Virus record (IMG/VR): IMGVR_UViG_3300036982_000507 | Coordinates: 1 to 39,960 of that record | DNA from: a virus | Taxonomy: Duplodnaviria > Caudoviricetes | Length of the DNA stretch: 39,960 bases | Strand: one strand, 5' to 3' | Shown: piece after piece, positions 26,001 through 33,711 of the stretch | Layout: every line of letters begins with the position of its first letter | How positions within the stretch are numbered: position 1 is the stretch's first letter | Translations under genes and position numbers: made by a program | Notes under the pieces: model-generated | What the model was told of the DNA's origin: nothing | Seen by the model: only the letters and a program-made list of their open reading frames with translations | Databases searched by the model: none

Positions 26001-29000
26001 GCCGTACACGGCCCACACGCCACGCTTTGACCCCAGTGTAGTCGCGCCGTTGAACTTTGCACCAACATCGGACAAGAGGCCACGCAATGTGGGCTCATCA
26101 AGCGGGTTGGTGGTATTTGCCACAAATATTGCTGCCAACACCTGCTCTGTTTCGGGCACGTTCTTTGTCGCGGGGCCGACGGTGATTGCGGCCTTCTGCA
26201 ACAGCAACGACCCCAACACCTCGGCGACTCGGTGCGTGTCAACGTGGTTCAACCCGCCCACGTGGATCCGCATCGACCGCTCGGTGCGTCCCTCAAAGTA
26301 TCCCAACACCTCTTCGATGTTTGGCTTGTTTACACCAATTTGGTTGCCAAGCATGGCTTGCAGTTGGGTGTTGAACTCCACCCCCGTAACCGCGTCGCGC
26401 ACCCGTTCGTTCACGCTGTCGTACGCGGCCTGCTCGTTGAACAGCGGGTCTGCGCTGACGTCGGGACGGATGATGTGCTTTGACAGAATTGGTTGAGCGG
26501 TGGGCTCCACGCTCATGCTGATCCGACGGGTGTCGGTTACCGACTGCACGTCGTCTTTGACATTCTTGCGCCGCAACACAGACGCCGCGCGTGCCTGAGC
26601 CGCCGTGTTTCGCCGCTGCAACACAGCCTTTGTAGGTTGCGTGTCGCCCCCCTGCTCGCGCTGCGAATACATGATGCGTTCGTCGGCGGTTGGGTTGGCG
26701 TTGAAATACCCCTTCACCTGATTGGGGTTAAACACAACAACGTCTTTGCCAAATTGGCCGTAGTCACGAATAATTCCGTCGTAACCCAATTCGTCTTGCA
26801 GCAATTTACGCCACTTTGACCGATCAGTAAGATCAAGTCCGCGCGCGGTTGGGCCTAACTCTCGCGCAAGCACCTTTGCCACTTGGTCAACTACGTCTTC
26901 GGTGCTATTCTCAAGAATTAACGGACGACGGATATTTGCAACAGCGGGAACAATTGCAGACTGGTTGACAAATTTTCCAGAATCTGGATCCTCCGCAAAT
27001 TCGTTTGCGCGCCGAGGGTCTGTTGTCAGGTAAATTCCCCCGCCGATTTGGCCGTTGATAGAACTAATAAACGTGTCAAACTCAGCACGCGTTCCGTGAT
27101 ACAACGGAATCAACGCGCCGTCGGCGTCAACAACTTTGGACCCCTTTGCCCAGACTCGCATCTTGGGCGTCATGTCGTAGTTGTTGAGCGGGCGAAGCGA
27201 TGACCGCGACTCAACAGGGGTGTCGCGCTGCGAATACAGCGCCGTCAAATCGGTAGGCGTTGCCGCCATTTTTTGATCGGCGTATCCAACGCCTTGTTTC
27301 AAATCGTCCATCCATTTGGCGTAGCGTGGATCGGATTGTCCCCACACCGACCCGTCGGCGTTGCGCCGATTCGGCCCGTAGTTCAGCCACGAATTTTGCC
27401 CACGTGTTTCGGTTGCCATTGCCTGACGGGCTAACGGGGAGAACATCGACGCGTGCGATCGGTACGCGTTCTCTTCGCCACGTGGACCAAATTGAAATCC
27501 CTCGGCGCTGTGGCCAAGGATGTCGTGCACCCCGCGAAACAAATCGTTAAACGTTTGTTGGTACACGTCGCCCGCGCTGTCCAACACAGGGACACCCGCG
27601 TCGGCCAACAACACGTTGTTGTTGATTGCGTCCGCAAGCAACGACGGGTTTGACCCAAACGACATGGCCTCGTTTGGGTTGATTGTCTTAAAGTAGAACA
27701 CGCGCTTGTTCTTGCGCACGTCGTCAATCATGTCGGCAGAGTCTGCGTATGGCTGGCCCTCGCCAGCCCACGGGATGATTTCGTAGCCACGGTCTTTGAG
27801 GTACTGGTACTGGTCAAGCGTTTCCTCGCTGAACGCTTTGTACGCGGCACGTGTCTCGGGATTGGTGGTTGACGCGGGCTGTGATTCAAACCAATCCGCA
27901 TACCGCTTTGCAAACGACTCGTCAACCTCGGCGTACGTGTCTTCAATTGGTTCGGCTTTGATCCCACGGTCGCGCATGTAATCGTTGCGAACGGACCGCA
28001 CATCGTCGTTTGCCTCGCGCCGTCCTGCGCGGTCGCGCAGCGAGAACGCAATCTCTTCGGACGGTGTTTGCCTAAGCATCCGCGTCCGCTCAATGCGGGC
28101 CACGGTGTTGGGCGCAACGGGCTCGGTTGGCGATTCGCCACGGATGATGGCCATCGCCTGTATTGCGTTGCGTCTGCGAATTGCAATGGCTTCCAAGTCT
28201 GGCGCTGCTGTTTGCACCACACCTGTGTCGGACTCGGTTGGCACCGCGTCGGGCGTTGTGGCCACGGTGTCGCGCATCGCGTCGGGCACCTTGCGGATGT
28301 TTGACGGGATGCGATTGGGTTGCATCACGCGGCTGCTTGGCGACAGTTGCGCGCTGGTGTTTGCCAACACGGGGGCCACGCTTGCAAGCGCGGTCATTGC
28401 ACTGGCCAACAACCCTGCGCGTTGCTCGGGTGGCGCAGACTGTGCCTGCTGCAACAACGCCGCCGCGTCGCTCATCTTCTTGTCGTCGTCGCCCGCAATT
28501 GCGCCCGACATACTCGGCGTTGCCGCGTCGCGCAGCGAGAACGCAATGGGGTTTGGTGGTTTGCCAACAGGGGCGGGCGTGGCCGTCGGTGTAGCAGTCG
28601 GCACAGCGGTCGGCGCAGCGGTTGGTGTAGCCGTTGGCGCGGCGGTCACGTCAACAGGCGCGGCACGTGGTGCCGATGGCGTTGGCGGACGCATCGCGGC
28701 CTGCAACGCGGCGCGCGCGTTGACACGTTTCTGGTTTGTTTCAAGATCTTTGCGCACCGCCTCGGCGACGCGGTCGCTGAACTTTGAGTGAATTTGCAAC
28801 TGCTCTTCGCGCACGCCGTCGAGCCGTTGCCGAATTTCAAACAACACCTGCTGCGCTTCGGGGCCAAAGAATCCGTTCTTGACCAACGCGTTTGCCATCC
28901 ACCGCGTAAACCGTTTGTCGGCGCGGCCCTGCGCGTCGCGATACAGCGCTTCGTATTCCGCAGCCATTACTGTGGCGCTGCCTGCGGTGCGGTTTGCCGT

Positions 29001-31853
29001 CGTGGCTTGGCTTTCGGCGGCAAATGCTTGCACCGATTGCTTCGCGCGTTGCGCGCCACCCGCAGCGTCAACCTGTTCGGCTTGCTCTGCCGTGGCCGTG
29101 CCCGCCATCACGTCGTTTGCGGCAGCGGCCAGCCCACGGTAGTACGCAATGACTTGCGGCAGGCTCATGTTCTTGACGTTGTCGTCAACTTGCCTCATGT
29201 ACTCGGCGCCGCCACGCATGGCAAACGCGGGGTCTATTTGCAGCAACTTTGCGACGAACTGGGCGCCTGCTGCTGAACGTGACGCGGTGCGGTGCCGTGT
29301 TTCGTGCATCGCAATCGCAAACGCGTTGCGCGCCGTAAAGGCGGTGCCGTTCTCCCGAATTAAGTATACGCCGTCGGGGCTAGATTGTGATAGATACGCG
29401 CCATCGGCAAGCCCGTCTCGTTCAATAGTGCGCGACGTGCCGTCATTCTGCTTGATGGTGAACACCACCCGCGCGTTGAGCACAGTTGCCTGCTGACCCG
29501 TGAGCCGTGCGATGTTACGCTCGCCGTCGGAAAGGTCGGCGTCGGCCACGCGGACCAACGACACAACAGACGTGACATCGGCGTTGGTCGCGTCGCCAAT
29601 TTCATCGGCGCTAAGCAGTTTGGATTCAAACGGCGCGTCTTGTTTGACCCGCACCCCCTTGCGCTTGGCCTGCGACCCCTGCGCCGCGCTGGTCATTTCA
29701 AGGTGAAGCGCCTTGATGCCGCGCGCCTCGTTACGTTTACTTTGCGGACGGGAGAACTGTGGCGTGGTGTTGGTCTGCACCGCGTCGGCGTCAATCTGCC
29801 GTTGAATCTGATCCGCAACAGGCGCGGTAACGCCACCCTCTGTGGCGGTAACCGTCAACCCGTTTCGTACCGCAAGCGACGCAATCGCTGGCGCTGCTTC
29901 AAGCATTTCGCCGTTGTCGGAATACGGAATCACGTCCACGATGTGGCCCGCGTTGTTGCGCAGCGTCAACACGCCCGCAAGCACCGTTCCGTTGTTAAGT
30001 TCGGGAAATCCTGTCAACGCTTCAACGTTGCCGTCTTCGATGTTGGCGCGGGCTTCGGCTTCAGTGCCATTTGCAACGTACACGTGCGTGCCGTTTGACC
30101 TTGTGATAGGGATGTTGCCAATTCCCAACGCGTTCATGCGGTCGCGGACGTCTTTGGTAAGCGTAGTACCAACGTCGTCTTCTTTGACAAACATTGCGGT
30201 GCGGTCGCCGTTGGCCAGTTGCTCCACTTGGAACATGGCCATGCTGCTGCCGCGCGCGGGCTGCGCATTGCGGTTGAGGTGCAACAGGTCTGGCTTGTTG
30301 GCCGACGACTCAGACTTGCGATTCATGCGCCCCTGCGCGTCTGTTTCCTGTGTCTCGACAATTGCCCGTGTCACAAACTCAGTGCCTTTGCGAACCTCGG
30401 CGGCAACGCCTTTGCGGATAGCGCGCTCATCCCGTGCGCCCTTTGAAATGATGTGGTGCCCGCCGCCAAACAAGCCGCCCGCGTAGGCGCCAACGCGGAG
30501 CGAGTGCCACACATTCTCGTCAATGAACAACTGCTTGGGATCCGAAGAGAATAACGGGCGATCGATTGTGTAAAAATCATTGTTTGGGGCAAACAATGTC
30601 TGGCTCAACACGTCTTGCACCTGTTCGCCAAGATGCGGCGCACCTTCTTCAAGCCCTTCCACTGTTGCGGGCACCCCAACCACCGCCGCAACTTTCTTGA
30701 TCACGCCTGCGGGGCCGCGCTGGCGCATCATGCTCTTGTTCAAGTTGCTGAGCATGGTGCCGACCGACGTGGCACTGGCCTTGCCCGCAACTTTGCGGCC
30801 CAACGCCGTGCCGAGAAACGCGGCTTGGGCCGTGTCGCCGACGTACTCGGATCCGTATTCAAACGCCGCGCCGATCACGCCGTACATTTCCATCTCGTTG
30901 AACGTTGGCATGGCGGGCGGTTTGATGCCCATTTGCTCAGCGGTTAGCAGTTGTTGCTTGTAGATGTCCCACCGCCCTTGTTTGGCGTCGGAATACCCCG
31001 CCATCGCAAACGGCAGCGCAAGCACTGCGCGGGCTTCGGGCGTCGGCGCAAGCATCGACGGCAGCGATGCGGGCAACGACCCCGCAGCAGCGCCAAGATC
31101 GCCTGCAAACGTGTGCGCTGCGCCGCTAACAAACCCTGTTGGCGCGCCCAGCCGCTCAGACGCCAACACAGGCGCGTCGGGATCGCCTGCCAGATGCTGC
31201 GCGTAGCCGTCTACGTCAACAGCGTTGCCCGTGGCTTCGTTCAAATACATCGTGTCCACGGCGCGGCCAAACCGTTGGCCCGCTGCCATAGCGTCGGCCA
31301 TTCCCGCCATGCTTTGCACCATGCGCGCGGGGTCGTTGCGCCCCGTCCACCGCATACCCCCTGGCCCGTACACGTCGTACATCGAGAATCCGCCTGCGGC
31401 CACGCCGCCCGCAAACCCCTCGAAACTGGTGAGCGCGTTGCCAAGAAAGTTCTCAAACACCGCCACAGGCGCGGTTCGTTTCTGCGCTTGATACGAGTCC
31501 CATGCAATAGGCTTTAACCCCTTGAGAAACTGGTCGGCTTGCAGATCCGCAAACGCGTTCACGTCGTCGTCGTCGGACTGATACGCGCCGCCCAACGACG
31601 CCGCGTCGGCCTCGTTGTCGATAAACGAAACGCCCGCGTGCTTGGTCACGTCACGCATCAGTTGCAACGATTTTTGACGTGCCGCGTTCCACGCGCGGTC
31701 GTCGATGCCGTTCATCGCGTCGGCAATAAACGCCTTTGCGTCGGGGGATTCCAACGACCACCCGCTGTTGATGGCGTCCTGCGTCGCCTTTTGACGTGCG
31801 CGTTGACGGATGACATCGATTTGGCTTTGGGCGATGGGGGTGGGTGGGATCAT
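20043..31853 (-). CDS. Giant polyvalent virion/ejection protein (3936 aa): HExxH module, HDxxGH module, two ART-PolyVal-like modules, HhH-glycosylase-like module, C-terminal LPD38-like domain
   Basis: Uninterrupted ORF ending the ejection-protein cluster. Motifs: MHETRH; FRGVHDILGH...GPRGEENA...TETRGQNSW; LYHGT..FDTF...GIYLT...GYDGII; WFHG...GLHLG...GYDGITYEN; GIDNKVISF...YDRV...HWLNW; HYVPLRG, ARDITVDF, WDAIPDYEK, KIPLAYG, NQNFMGRPI. Confidence 0.9.
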   Translation of the reverse strand: MIPPTPIAQSQIDVIRQRARQKATQDAINSGWSLESPDAKAFIADAMNGIDDRAWNAARQKSLQLMRDVTKHAGVSFIDNEADAASLGGAYQSDDDDVNAFADLQADQFLKGLKPIAWDSYQAQKRTAPVAVFENFLGNALTSFEGFAGGVAAGGFSMYDVYGPGGMRWTGRNDPARMVQSMAGMADAMAAGQRFGRAVDTMYLNEATGNAVDVDGYAQHLAGDPDAPVLASERLGAPTGFVSGAAHTFAGDLGAAAGSLPASLPSMLAPTPEARAVLALPFAMAGYSDAKQGRWDIYKQQLLTAEQMGIKPPAMPTFNEMEMYGVIGAAFEYGSEYVGDTAQAAFLGTALGRKVAGKASATSVGTMLSNLNKSMMRQRGPAGVIKKVAAVVGVPATVEGLEEGAPHLGEQVQDVLSQTLFAPNNDFYTIDRPLFSSDPKQLFIDENVWHSLRVGAYAGGLFGGGHHIISKGARDERAIRKGVAAEVRKGTEFVTRAIVETQETDAQGRMNRKSESSANKPDLLHLNRNAQPARGSSMAMFQVEQLANGDRTAMFVKEDDVGTTLTKDVRDRMNALGIGNIPITRSNGTHVYVANGTEAEARANIEDGNVEALTGFPELNNGTVLAGVLTLRNNAGHIVDVIPYSDNGEMLEAAPAIASLAVRNGLTVTATEGGVTAPVADQIQRQIDADAVQTNTTPQFSRPQSKRNEARGIKALHLEMTSAAQGSQAKRKGVRVKQDAPFESKLLSADEIGDATNADVTSVVSLVRVADADLSDGERNIARLTGQQATVLNARVVFTIKQNDGTSRTIERDGLADGAYLSQSSPDGVYLIRENGTAFTARNAFAIAMHETRHRTASRSAAGAQFVAKLLQIDPAFAMRGGAEYMRQVDDNVKNMSLPQVIAYYRGLAAAANDVMAGTATAEQAEQVDAAGGAQRAKQSVQAFAAESQATTANRTAGSATVMAAEYEALYRDAQGRADKRFTRWMANALVKNGFFGPEAQQVLFEIRQRLDGVREEQLQIHSKFSDRVAEAVRKDLETNQKRVNARAALQAAMRPPTPSAPRAAPVDVTAAPTATPTAAPTAVPTATPTATPAPVGKPPNPIAFSLRDAATPSMSGAIAGDDDKKMSDAAALLQQAQSAPPEQRAGLLASAMTALASVAPVLANTSAQLSPSSRVMQPNRIPSNIRKVPDAMRDTVATTPDAVPTESDTGVVQTAAPDLEAIAIRRRNAIQAMAIIRGESPTEPVAPNTVARIERTRMLRQTPSEEIAFSLRDRAGRREANDDVRSVRNDYMRDRGIKAEPIEDTYAEVDESFAKRYADWFESQPASTTNPETRAAYKAFSEETLDQYQYLKDRGYEIIPWAGEGQPYADSADMIDDVRKNKRVFYFKTINPNEAMSFGSNPSLLADAINNNVLLADAGVPVLDSAGDVYQQTFNDLFRGVHDILGHSAEGFQFGPRGEENAYRSHASMFSPLARQAMATETRGQNSWLNYGPNRRNADGSVWGQSDPRYAKWMDDLKQGVGYADQKMAATPTDLTALYSQRDTPVESRSSLRPLNNYDMTPKMRVWAKGSKVVDADGALIPLYHGTRAEFDTFISSINGQIGGGIYLTTDPRRANEFAEDPDSGKFVNQSAIVPAVANIRRPLILENSTEDVVDQVAKVLARELGPTARGLDLTDRSKWRKLLQDELGYDGIIRDYGQFGKDVVVFNPNQVKGYFNANPTADERIMYSQREQGGDTQPTKAVLQRRNTAAQARAASVLRRKNVKDDVQSVTDTRRISMSVEPTAQPILSKHIIRPDVSADPLFNEQAAYDSVNERVRDAVTGVEFNTQLQAMLGNQIGVNKPNIEEVLGYFEGRTERSMRIHVGGLNHVDTHRVAEVLGSLLLQKAAITVGPATKNVPETEQVLAAIFVANTTNPLDEPTLRGLLSDVGAKFNGATTLGSKRGVWAVYGDYDGQTSSRQTFVDNATQIAATRGMSVEFAQVQSTYTTIGDFDVLGKVQRNPRATGAGSRSRVGKTTWDLWVKPAATIVEIVQDEGFDIDLDGWLGEFAKAEAPQVKDLLIAELASRSVNRKHGLDRQFLTRYRGNMQQFEGGYKIPAKTSMANAERSLVEVDALLERHPDAFTSRDATERFFADLYGSRDIPVLPDFLISDLANNSAGMQRNMALRANGGRLSQGMVDDAVHGLDMAQRLRAFYATGQVKPHHTVALAMWGFMSRGVSPRVQESLFIDLVNFTNSKGETYQTFVDRAVAGVWTKADTGEWLRFVDAMFERTRYDVIGVDGEVLRDKDGDVKRANGTPGAGATHNGNAFGKSFLANIGKQVTIDGVTETGVIHLHNAMASPTATAKKVRRVFTRLGGSLGIDNKVISFSALVAGKTDGSVYDRVRVADHWNRDGRFVNVYDGNTVALQVVIDDEMVREVRLPDFNGDKLAHAAAKRELTSVLVAEATAEAKAETARRVAEDPAALPVTFSVETKKVGGLATLFNGARGIAIYEAVERAIDPNRVFGPLLKTQPEMTRHANHGAEHWLNWVGASDQEASHKTLDGLLQMIATGEQQMVGVWAKEGQYDTYAFGAEYGYTRDADGVLKPSHKYTIDGQSFMFDAAHFGLFTKALSTTKWAKMNWAPPLDAKGKPVRGEKPPDFMVTRDSERADGTRIAPWYEDPIVGPKGRAHIVTLAETHGTRMSLRDLGVIEDAVTLAPFSNNIDAKERDYRKEFSLVNVAAQTRRGVTTLYKKLVASPYSKPTTPAFTKYFDNGNALNGIHPNDIWFHGGYRHHTQFDVNMSADQFGLHLGPFAQATDFFDRRLRVYNSPFRNSPDGAVLFPVYARATRVAQVEDMGSWTAFNVLKGLKQVDIISTKTMDDALMEIYTGLGIPEAGAEVFLRYNQSGFESVMTNNDQHPNGNQSFSRDYVRNMLNNLGYDGITYENTIEGKGANAYAASANLNPDSETYHDDRDFMVAAAQQESAAELFELNDEFAQWEMSGMNAYEKTSNERIEAMQRIYGKRTAVILWDDTAVKSVANNNGDYSPKDADIRRSLRLQPAAVVNAYPDLFHNEVPIRMSMREGVRGVKDEATLQFVDKYDELRRYADNWQETSGVALPDPANPYLGVRVLTGRLGAMQQAATREYANTLRDMSEHNISLEAMDNFLTAQHAVNNGNAYIATINPRFPDGGTGMMTADAQQIINQARATGQYGEMNRIAEDWRELLRAGLDLRRDAGLITNETHTLLTTRYTHYVPLRGAPARPFDELFEDFDGGNVFGRGMSTQSRAMPERLGRGSRAEGVTSQVGFLHEDTMKRVARNEIGQRFVRLVTLVNDPSMAVVVRPTIQRNVDGVVRTVHDGNWMSEPRHFGAYVNAPITINGHNYEAGDMVVVRINNPRLATAMTVPNADIGTLARGLNHVNNVWRFFTTGMGAPEFAPVNLVRDIMAGSMVNTASHGARDTAEMLTRYPRAFLNVFTDAWNDPTRPTRSYANFVRAGGDQVYWGRNDLETKDTDFDALAARVTRRDPNDRTLTRTLLGWYPAFFTAAETATRLAQFEQRRATGSSAEQAALAARDITVDFGKGGKRKPTLNTFYMFLNASVQGSVNVGRATRRAASIAPSLAMFGMVTAMLRALGGDDEETGGKRWDAIPDYEKASNIILMDPRGTGKYIKIPLAYGFNVLYSAGVRAADTAFGNKSVGNMVSGMVTDAMNSFNPMGGSGITTGTGNLVAALFPTMIRPMAEIGLNQNFMGRPIFPKTFGVQTETDAFSYFEGTSQTYIDAAQGFNSLGGGDMFEGGGQGYMDYSPNTLQYLVGYYGSGFGRTMDRLAKIALSDQPVERTDIPLVRSFSGDASQDTRAVAETYQGISARVMPDLRRTEALLDPEVSYPVKEAIIERGINPLNISLARVVESTEKELRKLRKDGKGATPEQREALFAARARAMKRVIRVSNELTP
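25610..25873 (-). CDS. Possible nested out-of-frame ORF (87 aa, MSWAKFNEILAQRG...) inside the giant gene
   Basis: TACACT-acgatt-GGAG-acttcg-ATG; amphipathic N-terminus followed by a Ser/Lys-rich tail. No convincing -35. Confidence 0.4.
   Translation of the reverse strand: MSWAKFNEILAQRGLAVDPESAKRHGIFGSSLLPQSLKSSKTKASTSISMGGSANSPKPKRLKSKTSSSQNSPVGPSTESTDSTASS
26656..27238. repeat. 16-bp exact direct repeat encoding YSQR, bracketing the first ART-like module
   Basis: TCGCGCTGCGAATACA at 26656-26671 and 27223-27238. Confidence 0.85.
28032..28547. repeat. 21-bp exact direct repeat encoding IAFSLRD
   Basis: GTCGCGCAGCGAGAACGCAAT at 28032-28052 and 28527-28547. Confidence 0.9.
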
Positions 31854-31861
31854 GGGCGTCG

Positions 31862-33100
31862 TTATTTAAGGTCTAACGTAAATGAATTAGGATCTTGCGC
31901 CATTGTGGGTGTTTCCGCTTGCTGCTGCTGCTGCCCCTGCTGCGGCTGGTATGTCACGCGGTTTGCCTCAAGCGTCGTGTTTACCATAGCGTCAATGGCT
32001 TGCGGGTTTGACGGGTCCCATTTCAAATTGACCTGCGCCCATTGGTCAAGTTCAAATAAGTATTTGCGATAATTCATTACCGCGTTGGGATCGGCTGGAC
32101 GGCCAGGGACAAAGTCGCCCATCACAGGCGGTGCAACCATGTCCACTTTGTTTGGGAACAGATTTCCGCCAAACGCCGCAAGGTGGGCTATCTGGTCAAA
32201 TCGGCCAAGCGGGTTGGTGTCAAACCCTTCCATCCCAATTATGTCAAACACGCCCACGGGCCGTCCCTGAATTGCAGGATCCAGTTTCATGTCTTTGGGT
32301 GGGTACAGCGCTTGAAGCGATTGGAACGCGTACGCAGTCCTCTTGTGCTCGGGTTTGTTGCTCTTGGTCAACTCAAGAACTCTTTCCAACGCTGGAGTGC
32401 TCCTGCGAACGCCTGTCTGAATCTGTGCGTTTTTGATGTTTGGGTCGTACACAGGAATTTCGATCGGCTCGTTGAGTCGGCCCTGTTCCGCGCTAATTGC
32501 GGCGTTCTGCATCCCCGCGCCGATCTTGCTGATCTGGCCACGGCCACCGTCTTTCGACATGCTTGCAAGCAGTTGCGCTGTTTCGTTCATTGCGGCTTGT
32601 GGGTCCATGTCCGCAAGCCCCATAAGCAACTCGCCCAGCGCGGGCGGGATGTTTGGCGCCGCCGCAATGGTGCGCGATATGGTGGACTTTGCCTTTCGAT
32701 TCATGATGTCGAACTCGGTGCGGGCTTTGAGTTCTTGGCGCATCTTGCTGCGCATGGTCAGCAGCGACATCCACTGCTCATGGCGGATGGGCACATTGGC
32801 CCCGTTGATCACAATTGCGGGGGTGCCGTCTTCGTAGAATCCAAGGTCAAACGTTTCCATGCCCGCTGGATCGCCGTCGGTAATCCCGCTCAGCGTGAGG
32901 TCAAAGTCGTTGATGTGCGACATCTTGCCCTTGGCCTCTTGCGACGCCAGTTTGGCAAAGTTCTGCTCCTCGGGGGTGCGCAGCGCGTTTGCATCCACAG
33001 GGTCTTGTTGCGGGACAAACGACCCCCCCGCAACAGCCTCGGGCGCCATCGGATCTGGGATGGCTTCAAACACGTTTCTGTCCATGATTCTGTTGGCCAT
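31862..33100 (-). CDS. Putative internal virion/ejection protein (412 aa)
   Basis: Helical protein, TAATG-coupled, between the nozzle and the giant gene. Confidence 0.6.
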   Translation of the reverse strand: MANRIMDRNVFEAIPDPMAPEAVAGGSFVPQQDPVDANALRTPEEQNFAKLASQEAKGKMSHINDFDLTLSGITDGDPAGMETFDLGFYEDGTPAIVINGANVPIRHEQWMSLLTMRSKMRQELKARTEFDIMNRKAKSTISRTIAAAPNIPPALGELLMGLADMDPQAAMNETAQLLASMSKDGGRGQISKIGAGMQNAAISAEQGRLNEPIEIPVYDPNIKNAQIQTGVRRSTPALERVLELTKSNKPEHKRTAYAFQSLQALYPPKDMKLDPAIQGRPVGVFDIIGMEGFDTNPLGRFDQIAHLAAFGGNLFPNKVDMVAPPVMGDFVPGRPADPNAVMNYRKYLFELDQWAQVNLKWDPSNPQAIDAMVNTTLEANRVTYQPQQGQQQQQAETPTMAQDPNSFTLDLK

Positions 33101-33702
33101 TACGAACCCCCTCGCATCTTTCGCGCTGCCCGTGAATACGACTTCGGCAGGGCCACCGCTGGTCGCCGCGCGTCGGCCGCGTCAACGTCTTCGTCGGGGT
33201 CAATTGGCGAGTTGCCGCCGCTGCCTTTAATCCCCGAGATGGCGTAGAACCCATCGCGGTACAACCGTGCTGCTTCTGCTGCGGCGGTAGACTTGCCCGC
33301 GTTGACTACGCCTACCGTCATGCCCTTAAATCGCGCTAATTCTGCGGCTTGTTGCGCTTCTGCCCGCGTGTCGGTGCGTGTTTCGGTAGCGATTACGCGT
33401 GTTTCTGCCCGCTTCTCCGCGTCAATGCGCCGCTGCTCTGCGCGTTCTTCGTCGTCCAATTGGTCGGCGTTGGCCTGTTTGCGCGCGCGTTCGCGATCCT
33501 CCGCCGCACGTTCGCGATCGTCCACACCCTCCGCCCGTTGCTGTGCCCGCCCCTCGCGGTTGGCTTGGCTGGTAAGCGTGCCTTCCATCGCAGCGCCCGC
33601 AGACGCCAACGGGTTGTTGGGGTCGTAGGTTTGAAACCCTCGGGCGATGCCCATGCCAAGGTCACGTAAACGGTCGGGGTCAAAGAAGTCGTTTGTTGCC
33701 AT
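33100..33702 (-). CDS. Putative internal virion/ejection protein (200 aa, charged coiled coil)
   Basis: Glu/Arg/Ala-rich helix; synteny with podovirus ejection genes. Confidence 0.6.
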   Translation of the reverse strand: MATNDFFDPDRLRDLGMGIARGFQTYDPNNPLASAGAAMEGTLTSQANREGRAQQRAEGVDDRERAAEDRERARKQANADQLDDEERAEQRRIDAEKRAETRVIATETRTDTRAEAQQAAELARFKGMTVGVVNAGKSTAAAEAARLYRDGFYAISGIKGSGGNSPIDPDEDVDAADARRPAVALPKSYSRAARKMRGGS

Positions 33703-33711
33703 TGTGAAGCC

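Noticed and set aside
28560-28700. Pro/Thr/Ala repeats (APTATPTA) in the giant gene
   Set aside because: Ordinary low-complexity linker.
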